From IMG/VR virus record IMGVR_UViG_3300010367_000170: a stretch of DNA of 15,660 nucleotides; one strand, given 5' to 3'. The stretch comes from a virus. Lineage: Duplodnaviria; Heunggongvirae; Uroviricota; Caudoviricetes. Within the stretch, counting starts at the first letter, position 1. Each line of letters starts with the position of its first letter. The notes beneath the pieces are model-generated. The model searched no databases. It was not told where the DNA came from and was given only the letters and a program-made list of their open reading frames with translations. Shown piece after piece: positions 6,715 to 13,493 of this stretch. A program made the translations under genes and the position numbers.

Positions 6715-6799
6715 GGGGGCTCCTTCCTGCCCCCGAGGAGGCTATGCAATATCTTTCCGGATGAAACACGTCACGTCCTGAGCCCGCAGCGGGCGACCG

Positions 6800-8479
6800 C
6801 TAGCCATCTTGACCCCTTCCCGGGCCGGGGAGCTGCTTCAGAGCCTGCTTCCGCCTAGCCCTGTACGCCTTGTCCCAAGAAGCTGCGAGAGCCCGCGTAT
6901 CACTCTCGTACGCGGTTTCCTTCTCACCCTGAGGCAAACCCACATTCGCTGGGCCTCCGGGCCGCACCGAAGGCGACATCTTCGCACCCGGTTTCAAATC
7001 CGGAACCGGAGCGATCAAACCAGCCTTCACCGCAGCCTGCATAGCCGCATCCGAACCCCACGGAGAAGGCTCCTCCGCAGGCTCCGGCAAACCAGGCACA
7101 TACCCGTTCACCCCGGCAGCCGTCAACGGCGCAGCCTTGTTCGCCACCGACGCCCGCGACATAGCCTCCATGTCGTCCCAAGCAACAATGCCCTGACGAG
7201 TCTCGAAGACGTTGATGTCACCGCCGTCAACCGGAGGCTTACCCAGCTCAGCCCGGTAATCGTTCAAGCTGTAAGCGCCGGTCTTCAACCGGGTCTCCCG
7301 CACCTGCTCCACCGTCACCGAATCCCGGAAGTCCACCTCAGCGAACTCCAGATGCCAGCCGACAATGCCGAAACCCTGCTGAACCAGGTGGAAGTTCAAC
7401 TTCTCCAACAACAAGTTGGCGATCGGGATGACCGTGTTCACCTGGAACGACTTGTTCTGGGCCTCACCCGAACCGCCACCGATGTTGCCGGTCTCGATGA
7501 TCCCCACCTTGGAGGGGGGAACCCCGAACGAGGCGATGATCTGATCCCGCAGAACACGCTCCGCATCCAGGTAGTCCGTGACCTTGCGTGGATCCAACAC
7601 CTGCACCGCGCCGCCACCGGAGGTGATCAGCGGGTTGCCGACAGCCTTCGGGCCCAGGTTGTACACCTGGTACTGCTCACGCCACCGCTGAATGTCGGTG
7701 TCCTCGTAATGCGCCAGATCCACGTGCACCCGTGGCGGGTCGCCTCGCCGGAACGTCTCCTGGATCGTGGCCATGGTGAAGATCCACGCCGTGGTAGGCA
7801 ACAGGGCAAGCTGAGCCGGGCTGACCCCGTACAGCCCTCCGCGCGGAGCGTCCAACGAAATGTGGATCACGTCTTCGGTGTCAAAATGCGCCTGCCGCAG
7901 CCCATCCACATCCTGCCGATACCCGGCAACCTCGCCGTGAGAATCCGCCATCACCGTCATCGTCGTCGAATCCAGCAGATACAACGCCACCGGCTCACCC
8001 AGCAGGCGAACAACCTCAATGTAGGAGTCACCGAACAGCATCAAATCGGTGATCACGTTCCGGAGCAGCTGGATGAAGTCTTCCGTCGGGTTGGTGAACC
8101 GCATCAGCCTGCGCAGCCGCAACACCTCCGGCGGCTCCTCCGGGACCTCGTCCTCGGGGATAGCGTCATCCGGGATGACTTCCAGACCGCCCGCCGTCAC
8201 CGTGCGGGCGATCACACCGATAGCAGCGGACATCCACGTGCACGTGTTGTAGGCGTCGTGGAGGTGCTGCAACAACTGCTGACGCTCCGCTGACGCCGCC
8301 ATCTGAGCCGAAGGCATCTCGGAGGTGAGAGGCACACCGAACTCGAAGCCTCGACGCCGGATCTGCTGCGCCGTGTACTCAGGTGTCAGAGCCTGCGCTG
8401 TCGGTGTCTTCGTGGTGGCTTCCACAACGGCCGGAGGGTCAGGCCGGAACAGGCGTGCCAGGGCGTTGCCGACTCCCAT
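6800..8479 (-). CDS. Phage portal protein
   Basis: 559 aa, downstream of terL, GGAGG RBS. Portal-like motifs: LMLFGDSY, VIHISLDAP...YGVSP, IIASFGVPPSKVGI, SLNDYRAELGKPPV. Confidence 0.93.
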   Translation of the reverse strand: MGVGNALARLFRPDPPAVVEATTKTPTAQALTPEYTAQQIRRRGFEFGVPLTSEMPSAQMAASAERQQLLQHLHDAYNTCTWMSAAIGVIARTVTAGGLEVIPDDAIPEDEVPEEPPEVLRLRRLMRFTNPTEDFIQLLRNVITDLMLFGDSYIEVVRLLGEPVALYLLDSTTMTVMADSHGEVAGYRQDVDGLRQAHFDTEDVIHISLDAPRGGLYGVSPAQLALLPTTAWIFTMATIQETFRRGDPPRVHVDLAHYEDTDIQRWREQYQVYNLGPKAVGNPLITSGGGAVQVLDPRKVTDYLDAERVLRDQIIASFGVPPSKVGIIETGNIGGGSGEAQNKSFQVNTVIPIANLLLEKLNFHLVQQGFGIVGWHLEFAEVDFRDSVTVEQVRETRLKTGAYSLNDYRAELGKPPVDGGDINVFETRQGIVAWDDMEAMSRASVANKAAPLTAAGVNGYVPGLPEPAEEPSPWGSDAAMQAAVKAGLIAPVPDLKPGAKMSPSVRPGGPANVGLPQGEKETAYESDTRALAASWDKAYRARRKQALKQLPGPGRGQDG

Positions 8480-8515
8480 TAGCCCTCCTCAGGTACAGGA
8501 TCGTAGGGTTGCGGT

Positions 8516-8803
8516 ATGGCGAAACCCCAATGTCTGAAGTGTTCTAACACGGCCACGATCGCCATGCTGTGCGGACGGTGTCACCGGAACCAGCAGCCGA
8601 CCGAAAGTGTCGTGGCCCCACCGTCCGGGAAGCGTCCGGAAATTGCTGTACCTGCGGCCTTGCCGAATAACCGGACAGTCGAGGTTCCAGAAACGCGCTG
8701 CGAGGGACCGCAGTGTCCGGAAATGGTGGAGCAGCCGACCGGAGCGGGCAGACGCCGGAGGTTCTGCTCCGAAGCCTGCCGCAAACGCGCCGCCCGCACC
8801 TAG
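8516..8803 (+). CDS. 95-aa double zinc-finger protein, antisense between terL and portal
   Basis: N-terminal CxxC-x9-CxxC and C-terminal C-x4-C...GRRRRFCSEACRKRAAR (FCS/CGNR-like finger). Fills the terL-portal gap, and its stop overlaps the terL stop in the palindrome CTAG (8800-8803). Confidence 0.62.
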   Translation: MAKPQCLKCSNTATIAMLCGRCHRNQQPTESVVAPPSGKRPEIAVPAALPNNRTVEVPETRCEGPQCPEMVEQPTGAGRRRRFCSEACRKRAART

Positions 8804-10356
8804 ATCCCCCAAGGGTTCCCGGACGGGTGCAGCACCGGGAAGCCTCCGATCGTCTGACCGGAGTAGCCCGGGGTGAAATCCCCCCGCGCCTGAGGATCCA
8901 GCCTCACCTCAATGCCCGTAGGGACCGGCTCCGGCCAGTGGAACCGGGTTTCCGTCCCGAGGTTCACCAGCATGTACCGCAGTGCGTCAGCGGCGTGGTC
9001 CGGTGCCTTCTGGTCACTGTCCTCCGGGTTGCCGGTCTTCGCGTACGGCAAGTCCGCCAGCTCCGAGAACAGTTTCATACACGGCGAGAAAATGTGCAGC
9101 CTAGGGCAGGTGTCCCAGCCCTCAGCCTGATGCATCCGGCAAGCCGGAGCCTCCGCCAGGTACGAATGGATCCGCTGCCACCCCGCGATACGGGAACCAG
9201 GACCCTTACCGGCCTTCTCCAGGTGCACACCGTTCTCCGCATACGCCGTCGCCAACGGCTTAGCGTCTCCCAGAACGTTCCACATCGCGTCGTCGGCGTA
9301 ACGGGCGTTGATGTGCTCGTCCACACTCTCAGCTGCAAGTATCTGCCGCGCCTGGTCTGCCTCGCCCACCCCGGTCTTGTAAAGCTCCCGGTAGATCCAC
9401 AGGCGGTTGTCCTCATCCAACGCGCCCCACAGAACAGCCCACGGTGCGGCGAAACCCCAGTCCACCGACATGTACCGGCGCCAAGAATGCGGCAGCTCCA
9501 AAGGCTTCACCACGTGCCGGTCATACGACAGCTCCGAGAAGATCTGGCCCTCAAAGACGTCCCAGTTACCCTCCAGGTACGCCTTCCGCAGCTGCTCCGG
9601 CAGGCCAAGCAGGTCAGTGCGGTACTCCTCGTTCAAGTGCGGGTTGTCCGCCAACTTCGACGGAATGAAACGCACCGACCGGCCACGGACGTCCCTGATG
9701 ACCTCGGAGCCGTACTTGGTGGGCTTGATGTACCGGTCCTTTGCGGCGCTGTGAGAAGGGCCTCCAGGGTTGCTCCCGGACCTGATCCCCAGCACCGGAA
9801 CCCCCGAGTTACCGGAACGCAGACGAGACTCGATAAACGTCAACACGTCAGCCGAAGTCAGAGTGCGCTCATCAAACAACAACAGCTGAAACTCCGAACC
9901 CTGCCTACGGGAGGCGTCCACCATGTTCTCCGCATACCGGAACATCAGAATGCTCCCGTTGGGAAACCGCAGCTCATAGTCACTGCCAGCCCACTTAGCC
10001 CCCAAGACGTTAGCGAAGCCGTGCGCCGCCAACTCCTTGATCAACGACTCCTTCAGCTCCGGATACGTCCGCCGAAACGCACCCACCCGAATCCCCGGAA
10101 ACCGCACACACGCCCTGATGCCCTCCATCAACAAAGCAAGCGTCTTCCCCCCGCCCATCGCACCCCCGTACAACACGTCATACTCCGTGGCGTCATGAAA
10201 CGCCTGCTGACGCGGGGTCGGCTCGTACCCCAGAGCCTTGAACACATCAACCCTGCGCAGCTTCTCCATCTGGACCTGCTGATAGCGGGCCTGAAGCCGC
10301 TTCAACTCCTCCAACCGGGAGAGCTTGTACTGCGCCAGGCTCATCTCGCCACTCAT
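8800..10356 (-). CDS. terL: Terminase large subunit (518 aa)
   Basis: Walker A YGGAMGGGKT, Walker B LLLFDE, coupling motif SGSNPGG, nuclease-domain SVDWGF and DHAADALRY. Start reassigned to ATG 10356 because GGAGG lies 9 nt upstream. Confidence 0.96.
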   Translation of the reverse strand: MSGEMSLAQYKLSRLEELKRLQARYQQVQMEKLRRVDVFKALGYEPTPRQQAFHDATEYDVLYGGAMGGGKTLALLMEGIRACVRFPGIRVGAFRRTYPELKESLIKELAAHGFANVLGAKWAGSDYELRFPNGSILMFRYAENMVDASRRQGSEFQLLLFDERTLTSADVLTFIESRLRSGNSGVPVLGIRSGSNPGGPSHSAAKDRYIKPTKYGSEVIRDVRGRSVRFIPSKLADNPHLNEEYRTDLLGLPEQLRKAYLEGNWDVFEGQIFSELSYDRHVVKPLELPHSWRRYMSVDWGFAAPWAVLWGALDEDNRLWIYRELYKTGVGEADQARQILAAESVDEHINARYADDAMWNVLGDAKPLATAYAENGVHLEKAGKGPGSRIAGWQRIHSYLAEAPACRMHQAEGWDTCPRLHIFSPCMKLFSELADLPYAKTGNPEDSDQKAPDHAADALRYMLVNLGTETRFHWPEPVPTGIEVRLDPQARGDFTPGYSGQTIGGFPVLHPSGNPWGI

Positions 10357-10780
10357 ACTCAGCGCCCTCCAGGCGAAGCTGCTTACCCAACTCCTCAATC
10401 TGCCGGTCAATGGCATCCACTGAGGTGATCTCCAAGTTGACCTGGAGCGTCGGATCCAGCTTCAACAGCTTGGTGATACGGTCCGTGGTCTTCAAGACCA
10501 TCTCACCTGCACCCTTGTCGGCTTTGATGGCGTCCGGCCAGAACGCGCGCCTCATCCGCAGCAGCACCAGCAGCTGTTCCTCGATGAGGAGGTCAACGTT
10601 GCGGTTGCGTTCCATGACGTGCTGTTCAAGAGCGCGGTCAAGGTCCTTGCAGGCGGATGCACGATCTGCGTAGCCCAGCTGGTCTGCGATCTGCTGGAAG
10701 GTGAGGCCAGCGAGTTTCAGCTCAACGGCTTGCGCTCTGCGTTTGGCTGTGACGATTCGTTGTGCTTTCGATGCTGCCAT
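10247..10780 (-). CDS. terS: Terminase small subunit (HTH type)
   Basis: N-terminal HTH (RRAQAVELKLAGLTFQQIADQLGY), helical middle, KLLKLD and IDRQIEEL coiled segments; immediately upstream of and overlapping terL. Confidence 0.8.
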   Translation of the reverse strand: MAASKAQRIVTAKRRAQAVELKLAGLTFQQIADQLGYADRASACKDLDRALEQHVMERNRNVDLLIEEQLLVLLRMRRAFWPDAIKADKGAGEMVLKTTDRITKLLKLDPTLQVNLEITSVDAIDRQIEELGKQLRLEGAEYEWRDEPGAVQALPVGGVEAASGPLSAGPDGEAAQG

Positions 10781-10849
10781 CGTTGGCCTGCTTTCTGTGT
10801 TGGCGGGTACTTGCCGACACGGTAAGTCAGGTAAGGCGTGGTGGTCTAG

Positions 10850-11173
10850 TTAGCATTTGCAGCCTGGGTCTGGTGCTGGGCAGTCTTGTTTGTGTGTTTT
10901 GGCCATTTGGTCCCCGTTGGGGTGGCCGTCGGTTGTTTTGGGGGCGTGTTGGGTGCAGGCGTATATGGCGGCGAGGTATGGGGGTGGGCTGTGGTGGCGT
11001 GGGCCGTAGGGTCCTTGGGTGTTGAGGTAGGTGTTTTCTTCGTTTTGGGTGGCGTGGCGTTGCCATTGCCAGGTGGCTGGGTTGGTGCAGTGGGTGTTTT
11101 GGCAGCCGGGGGCTGTGGTGAGGGTTTCGCCTTCGGCGTTGAGGGTGTGGTGTGTCCAGTGGGGTTTGGCCAT
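10850..11173 (-). CDS. 107-aa Cys/His-rich hypothetical protein
   Basis: Starts 4 nt after the stop of 11178..11570. Has C-x4-C, C-x2-H and C-terminal H...C...CxC clusters. Codon bias matches its neighbours. Confidence 0.6.
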   Translation of the reverse strand: MAKPHWTHHTLNAEGETLTTAPGCQNTHCTNPATWQWQRHATQNEENTYLNTQGPYGPRHHSPPPYLAAIYACTQHAPKTTDGHPNGDQMAKTHKQDCPAPDPGCKC

Positions 11174-11177
11174 GTTG

Positions 11178-11570
11178 TTAGGTGATTTCTAGTAGGTCGA
11201 TTTGTTTCACCGGGACTTCGGGGTTGTCGGTGATTTTGATCCAGACGTTGTAGGTTCCGGCGGTGAGCGGTACTCCGCTGTTGGCTGGGCCTACGAGGAT
11301 TTGGGCGAGGTAGGTGTTGGTGCCGGTGGTTGCCCAGGTGCCGGTGTGCCAGTCGGTGTTGGCGGGGTTGGCGTTGGCGGGTTGTGGCATGAATGCGAAC
11401 GCTACGGGGTCGGCGGTGGGGTTGTAGGGGAGTCCTCCGACGATGGCTTGTACGGGGTAGGGCAGGTTTTCGGTGTTTAGGGTGCTGCGGGTGACCATTT
11501 GGGTTCCGGGGTTGGTGTTGATACGCCAGTTGGTGGCGGCTGGTCCGATGGTGAACACGGGGTTGGTCAC
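11178..11570 (-). CDS. 130-aa beta-sandwich hypothetical protein (possible BppU-N-like structural adaptor)
   Basis: GTGA overlap with the upstream gene. I recall W-x-TG-x-W...ILVGP...L-x-AG-x-Y-x-VW-x-KITD-x-PE-x-PV as a recurrent Ig-like pattern in actinophage virion proteins. Confidence 0.6.
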   Translation of the reverse strand: MTNPVFTIGPAATNWRINTNPGTQMVTRSTLNTENLPYPVQAIVGGLPYNPTADPVAFAFMPQPANANPANTDWHTGTWATTGTNTYLAQILVGPANSGVPLTAGTYNVWIKITDNPEVPVKQIDLLEIT

Positions 11571-12079
11571 GTTGCGAGTCCTGGGTTCCCGGTGGCGGCG
11601 GGGATGGGGGTGGCACGGTTTGCGAGGTCTGCGGGGGTGACTGCGGCGGGGGATTCACGTCCGCAGTTCCAGTCGAGTCCGGCTGCTTCGCCGCAGGTGG
11701 CTACGAGCTGGGAGCAGATCATGGCTTTTTCGTTGTCTGCTGCGCGGATGAGCCAGTGCCAGTTGATGCCTAGGGCGTGGAGGGATAGGCGTGCGATGTC
11801 GAGCCAGCCGTATGGGGTGCCGATGAGGGTTTCAGCTTTGGCGATGGCGCGTTGTTGTTGTTCGGGGGTGAGGGTGTCTGGGGCGTAGAGGATGGTGTCG
11901 GTGCCGTAGGCGGTGAGGTTGGAGCGGCGTGCGCCTCCGGGTGCGCCTTCGATGATGCTGCCGTGGGTGTCGGTGATGAGGACGACGTGGTTGTACTTGG
12001 AGCGGGTGCCGATGCGGATGAGCCATCCGTAGAAGCCGCCGGTGCGTATGCAGGCGTAGGTTCCTGGCTGAGGGGTCAT
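11567..12079 (-). CDS. Permuted papain-like (YiiX/YebB-type NlpC/P60) amidase/peptidase, 170 aa
   Basis: Catalytic His before Cys: YNHVVL...IGTPYGW...MICSQLVA...VTPADL, the YiiX/YebB signature order. Start reassigned to ATG 12079 because the longer ORF runs into a promoter module. Confidence 0.82.
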   Translation of the reverse strand: MTPQPGTYACIRTGGFYGWLIRIGTRSKYNHVVLITDTHGSIIEGAPGGARRSNLTAYGTDTILYAPDTLTPEQQQRAIAKAETLIGTPYGWLDIARLSLHALGINWHWLIRAADNEKAMICSQLVATCGEAAGLDWNCGRESPAAVTPADLANRATPIPAATGNPGLAT

Positions 12080-12103
12080 GGTGTTTTCCCAGTTCGAAGG
12101 GGC

Positions 12104-12132
12104 TTTACTCCGCTTAGCAATTCCAGTAGGCT
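12104..12132 (+). promoter_or_regulatory. Cassette promoter P1 (sigma70/HrdB type)
   Basis: TTTACT-N17-TAGGCT, with GCTTAGC at 12112-12118 and ACCGGAGGAG RBS at 12153-12162. Confidence 0.8.
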
Positions 12133-12168
12133 TGCCCCGTAAGCCAAACCGCACCGGAGGAGAAGCCG

Positions 12169-12417
12169 ATGAACACCGTCACCGTCCCCAACAAGCTGAT
12201 GAAGATCATCGCTGACCTGCCGTGGATCGCTGACGCCGAGATCACCCGGAACGGTTCGAAAACCTCCATCACCGCCACCGACACCGCCCTGAAGACCGTC
12301 GGCAGCTACCTGCGCAGACTGGCCCGCGACGTCATGAACTCCCGCAACAGCGTCCCCAGCCACGGTTTCACCGCCTCCCAGCTGGAGCGGTTCGGCAAGA
12401 AGACGTTCGGCGGCTGA
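12169..12417 (+). CDS. 82-aa hypothetical protein (single antisense cassette)
   Basis: Has its own promoter, ACCGGAGGAG RBS 6 nt upstream, and a terminator 14 nt after the stop. Confidence 0.85.
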   Translation: MNTVTVPNKLMKIIADLPWIADAEITRNGSKTSITATDTALKTVGSYLRRLARDVMNSRNSVPSHGFTASQLERFGKKTFGG

Positions 12418-12431
12418 CGCGCCACACCAGA

Positions 12432-12459
12432 AAGCCCCCGGGAACGTTCCCGGGGGCTT
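12432..12459. terminator. Bidirectional terminator between convergent genes
   Basis: Perfect 28-bp palindrome AAGCCCCCGGGAACGTTCCCGGGGGCTT between the stops at 12417 (+) and 12469 (-). Confidence 0.85.
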
Positions 12460-12468
12460 CGCTGTGTC

Positions 12469-12669
12469 CTACCCCAGGACGCCTTCCCGTACGGCGCAGA
12501 GCATGGCGTCGGTGTGGACAGCGAACACAACGTTGTGGAACGGGTCCTTGAACAGGACGAACTTGCCGTCCTGCTGGAAGTAGCTGGCGTTGACGCCCAC
12601 TACGCTCTCCCCGCCGGACTGGGCGTATGTGACGAGGAAACGGAACGTCGGCAGCAGGTCGTTTGTCAT
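12469..12669 (-). CDS. 66-aa hypothetical protein downstream of tRNA-Met
   Basis: AGGAAG RBS; beta-rich sequence; fills the gap between the tRNA and the terminator. Confidence 0.65.
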   Translation of the reverse strand: MTNDLLPTFRFLVTYAQSGGESVVGVNASYFQQDGKFVLFKDPFHNVVFAVHTDAMLCAVREGVLG

Positions 12670-12681
12670 GGTCTTCCTGGC

Positions 12682-12705
12682 GGTGTTGGTGTTGGTGTTG
12701 GTGTT
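12682..12705. repeat. Short tandem repeat (GGTGTT)x4
   Basis: Four exact copies between the tRNA-Met 3' end and the RBS of 12469..12669. Confidence 0.9.
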
Positions 12706-12709
12706 TCTG

Positions 12710-12787
12710 TGGTAGCCGGAACGGGATTCGAACCCGTGACCTTCAGCTTATGAGGCTGACGAGCTGACCGAACTGCTCTATCCGGCG
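12710..12787 (-). tRNA. tRNA-Met(CAT) with encoded CCA; initiator-like acceptor and D-arm, non-initiator anticodon stem
   Basis: CGCCGGA/TCCGGCT acceptor (C1xU72 mismatch), A73, CCA; D-stem GAGC/GCTC; anticodon arm TCAGC-CTCATAA-GCTGA; T-arm ACGGG-TTCGAAT-CCCGT. Confidence 0.92.
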
Positions 12788-12879
12788 CCGGTGGGATGCC
12801 GCCCTTGAGGCGTGGTTGGCGATCGTCCTTCACTGTAGCGGCACTGGTGTCAAGTTGGGAAGTTCCATGTCGGATGGGC

Positions 12880-12908
12880 TTTACTCCGCTTAGCGTTTCC
12901 AGTAGAGT
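12880..12908 (+). promoter_or_regulatory. Cassette promoter P2
   Basis: TTTACT-N17-TAGAGT; GCTTAGC at 12888-12894; ACCGGAGGAG at 12930-12939. Confidence 0.82.
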
Positions 12909-12945
12909 TGGCCCTGCCAACAGAGACAAACCGGAGGAGAAGACG

Positions 12946-13149
12946 ATGGACATCACCCTCAGCACCCGACGCGGACTCCCCGGACACGCCCGAGTCCACG
13001 TTGACGGCAAGCAGGTCGGACTGGTGTCTCGCGAGCCCAACGGCTGGACCTACGCCATTTACATCCCCGGTGAGCAGCAGCCCCTCTATTCCAACGAGTT
13101 CTTCGCCAACCGCGACATGGCAGTCAAAGCCCTGACCCAGATGATCTGA
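12946..13149 (+). CDS. 67-aa hypothetical protein
   Basis: Start reassigned to ATG 12946, 6 nt after ACCGGAGGAG (MDITLSTRRG...ALTQMI). Confidence 0.82.
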   Translation: MDITLSTRRGLPGHARVHVDGKQVGLVSREPNGWTYAIYIPGEQQPLYSNEFFANRDMAVKALTQMI

Positions 13150-13166
13150 CCGGAGGAGAAACCCGC

Positions 13167-13379
13167 GTGAACCGCCAGGACTACAAGGAAGCCGCTGAGA
13201 AGCTGCTGAAGAAGGCTGAAAGCGACATCGATGGGGGCTACACGAACCCTAAGTTTGAGGCGTACACAAGCATCGCCCGCGTCTACGCCATGCTGGCCGC
13301 GCTGCCGGAAGAGCGGGGCCACCCCGACGTGCCGCAGCGCCCCATTGGCCCTGGCGTCTCTGACCGTATTGACGGCTAG
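13167..13379 (+). CDS. 70-aa helical hypothetical protein
   Basis: GTG start 8 nt after ACCGGAGGAG (13149-13158), which overlaps the upstream stop; second gene of the P2 unit. Confidence 0.78.
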   Translation: MNRQDYKEAAEKLLKKAESDIDGGYTNPKFEAYTSIARVYAMLAALPEERGHPDVPQRPIGPGVSDRIDG

Positions 13380-13392
13380 CGGTTCGACTGAC

Positions 13393-13423
13393 AGCCCCTG
13401 GGACTTTACAGGTCCCGGGGGCT
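13393..13423 (+). terminator. Cassette hairpin H3
   Basis: AGCCCCTGGGAC-TTTACAG-GTCCCGGGGGCT (12 bp, one G:U), followed by TTAC. Confidence 0.8.
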
Positions 13424-13451
13424 TTACTCTGCTTAGCGATTGCACTATGGT
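13423..13451 (+). promoter_or_regulatory. Cassette promoter P3
   Basis: TTTACT-N17-TATGGT; GCTTAGC at 13431-13437; CCCGGAGGAG at 13478-13487. Confidence 0.82.
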
Positions 13452-13493
13452 TGTCCTCAGCACCAAAACCACCACAACCCGGAGGAGAACACC

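Noticed and set aside
8516-8803. HNH endonuclease beside the terminase
   Set aside because: It is Cys-rich but has no H-N-H catalytic pattern; the motifs fit zinc fingers only.
6809-10428. Long plus-strand ORFs 6809..8293 and 8713..10428
   Set aside because: These are antisense shadows of portal and terL, with R/H/Q/L-rich low-information translations typical of GC-rich DNA and no RBS or motifs.
10846-11658. 270-aa Pro/His/Arg-rich minus-strand ORF and the G/V-rich plus-strand ORFs here
   Set aside because: They are alternate-frame products of the strong strand skew; the overlapping frames 10850..11173 and 11178..11570 give coupled, protein-like genes.
12710-12787. tRNA-Met as a prophage attachment site or boundary
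   Set aside because: No integrase or duplicated tRNA 3' fragment is visible, and phage-type genes and the same cassette promoters lie on both sides.
12832-12853. Minus-strand TTGACA and TACAGT hexamers upstream of tRNA-Met as a standard promoter
   Set aside because: They are only 10 bp apart. A weaker TTCCCA-N18-TACAGT pairing is possible but too uncertain to call.
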